Assembly (NCBI GenBank): GCA_905178155.1
Contig: CAJINV010000001.1
Location: forward strand, 4,550,233 to 4,614,232
DNA length: 64,000 nt
Direction of reading: 5' to 3'
Origin: Amoebophrya sp. A120
Lineage: Eukaryota > Protista > Dinoflagellata
This document shows positions 62,601-64,000 of the stretch, one piece after another. The notes below the pieces were generated by a model. That model ran no database searches. It was given only the letters and a program-made list of their open reading frames with translations, and was not told where the DNA came from. Position 1 is the stretch's first letter. Every line of letters begins with the position of its first letter. The position numbers and the translations under genes are program-made.

Positions 62601-64000
62601 ACATAATCTCCTCCTTCACCACGTCCTTCATCAGGACATCCTGCCGGAGCAAGACCAGCATGTTCAGCGCGTTCAGCGGCGCCGTGTTCTTCTTGGGTTC
62701 CTCCGGCGCCTTCTTGTCGTCCTTCTTCTTCTTGTCGTCGCCCTTGTCGTCCTCTTTTTTGTCAAAGTCCGTCCCGAGCACCAGCCGGATGTTCGGCGTG
62801 AACTTGCGGATGGAATTGGCCAGTTGGAACGCGAACTCGCGCGAAAATTTGCTGCGGTCGTGCGTGACGTACAGGTCGTAGGTTTTCTGGAACCGCTTGC
62901 CCTTCTTCATCGTTTTCACCTTGTCGCTGACGTACTTGTAGTGGATGCCCACGTCGCGGGACTCGCCCTCGAAGATGCCCATCGACTTCGCGATGAAGGC
63001 GTGGTAGTTGAAGAAGGTGGTGTAACTGATCTCGCTCTCCAGCGTGAGACCCGGGTACAACATCATACTGTACACGCGGCGGGAAATCATCTCGCTGTAC
63101 TGGCCGCCGAGGGTCTCCGTCATCAGCCGGTCGATCTCCGCGAACTGCCCCCACGTGATGCGGCCCTTGCCCTGCGTGTCGTACAAGGCAAACAGGTTTT
63201 TGATGCAGGTCTCCACGTCGCCGGGGATCTTCTTGTTCTTCATTTCGTACAAACTGGTCTTGTACACGGCCAGCCGACCGTCGAACGCCAGCTCCATGGC
63301 CTGCGAGTTCTTATAGTTCAGCTTGAAGCTGGCCACGCCCGCGGCGCGGGTCCGCGGCGTCTTGTTATCGTCCGTCTTCACGAAGGCCGGGTCGGCAACT
63401 AAAGAGCGCAGCGTCGCGTCCGCGGTGCCCTCCAGGTACACAAACCGCATGGCCCGGTTCAAACAGGACTGCAGGACCGGGTCCTGGCACTTCTCGATCT
63501 CCGCGTCGATGTCCGGACACTGGGACAGGTGCTGGATGATGCACACCTGCAGCTTATCCTAATGAAAAACGTCCCCACCCCAGAGTCAAGATGGGGATTT
63601 TGCAACACAAACCTTGAAGTTTTGGGAGGCACGCATGACAAATTGCTAGCTGTATTGTAGCGCAGTTTAGAAAGGGAAGTCGCACTACAAATCCATCGGC
63701 TTATCCCGTTTACAGCATTACAAGTTCCAAAACACGATCGGAAATGCCTATCATGGGGATGCGCATTACAAATGCTCTTGCGCTTGCAGATCTGCATGAC
63801 AACTCTGGGGTGGGGATGCTTTTACACAGGATACAGCTCGGATTCCAGCGCGGCCTTCACCTCCTCGACCACCGCGCTGCCCTTCCCGTTCTCGTCGGTG
63901 GCGATATCACAGTGAAAAATGCCCCCCACCCCTGAAATTGCAAGAGTTTATGATGCGAAGTTTCCAAATGAAAGCTTTTTGTCATGCATGAAAGGAGTAC
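44699..64000 (-). CDS. Single-headed inner-arm-type dynein heavy chain (DNAH1/3/7/12-like motor) with a large N-terminal multidomain extension; 5' end beyond window
   Basis: P1 [33 protein letters not shown], P3 GPTGTAKT, P4 GVGGSGRKS, C-terminus NPVYKCSDRRGVLSTSGHSSNF...WTKRGVAMISQTDD with stop at 44699. The last WD40 repeat and DHC_N2 lie in the same exon. Upstream exons join in frame through GT-AG introns 58831-59012 and about 61912-62109. Confidence 0.9.
44855..45106. mobile_element. TIR introner, family A
   Basis: TATCCAATGCAAAAATGTCTGGGTCTGGAAGA ... TCTTCCAGACCCAGACATATTTGCAATCCATA. DR TTGTA. Splicing restores the conserved dynein motif PVYKCSDRRG. Confidence 0.94.
46103..46366. mobile_element. 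TIR introner, family A
   Basis: TATCAAATGCAAATATGTCTGGGTCTGGAA ... TTCCAGACCGAGACATATTTGCAATGCATA. DR GCTCG. Confidence 0.93.
52868..53173. mobile_element. TIR introner, family C
   Basis: TATTACAGTGAAAAGTGCCCCCCACCCCC ... GGGGGTGGGGGCATTTTTCATTGTAATA. DR GAACA. Splicing gives DRYSRMFNLVF in AAA3. Confidence 0.94.
63555..63833. mobile_element. TIR introner, family E
   Basis: TATCCTAATGAAAAACGTCCCCACCCCAGAGT ... ACTCTGGGGTGGGGATGCTTTTACACAGGATA. DR CAGCT. Splicing gives ALESELQVCII. Confidence 0.93.
63905..64000. mobile_element. TIR introner, family C, truncated by window end
   Basis: TATCACAGTGAAAAATGCCCCCCACCCCTGAAAT...TGATGCGAAGTTTCCAAATGAA matches the left ends at 32646 and 52868. Confidence 0.88.

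Noticed and set aside
3154-64000. Dynein genes as frameshifted pseudogenes
   Set aside because: The interruptions examined resolve as GT-AG introns or introners with the frame restored, and P-loops and C-termini are intact.

Overview
Eukaryotic, intron-rich protist DNA with GC-rich exons and AT-rich introns. It is most consistent with an alveolate or dinoflagellate such as the Syndiniales parasite Amoebophrya; this is inferred from genome style and not verified. Eight genes, all on the minus strand: a SEC14/CRAL-TRIO protein (3' end runs off the window), a kelch-tailed outer-arm dynein heavy chain, a very large secreted lectin/PAN/LamG/discoidin/EGF adhesin-like protein, an intronless 3-hydroxyisobutyrate-dehydrogenase-family enzyme, RPL34, a hypothetical protein, SmD3, and a single-headed inner-arm-type dynein heavy chain (5' end runs off the window). 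Two signals stand out. (1) Twenty-four MITE-like elements (145-549 bp, about nine families) sit inside coding exons. All start TAT, the 23 complete ones end ATA (one GTA), and they carry terminal inverted repeats and a 5-bp direct repeat. Removing the element plus one repeat copy restores the reading frame, and no GT-AG pair is available, so they behave as non-canonical introner introns. They occur in both orientations and share an internal GCAT(G/C/T)ACAAA motif. (2) The second dynein heavy chain carries an unusual N-terminal array, TIR-like / EF-hand-like / TIR-like / ARM / Tudor-like / PA14 x2 / WD40, in frame with the motor. Both TIR-like units keep a Glu at the position of the SARM1-type catalytic residue. 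All domain calls are by eye, without database searches.
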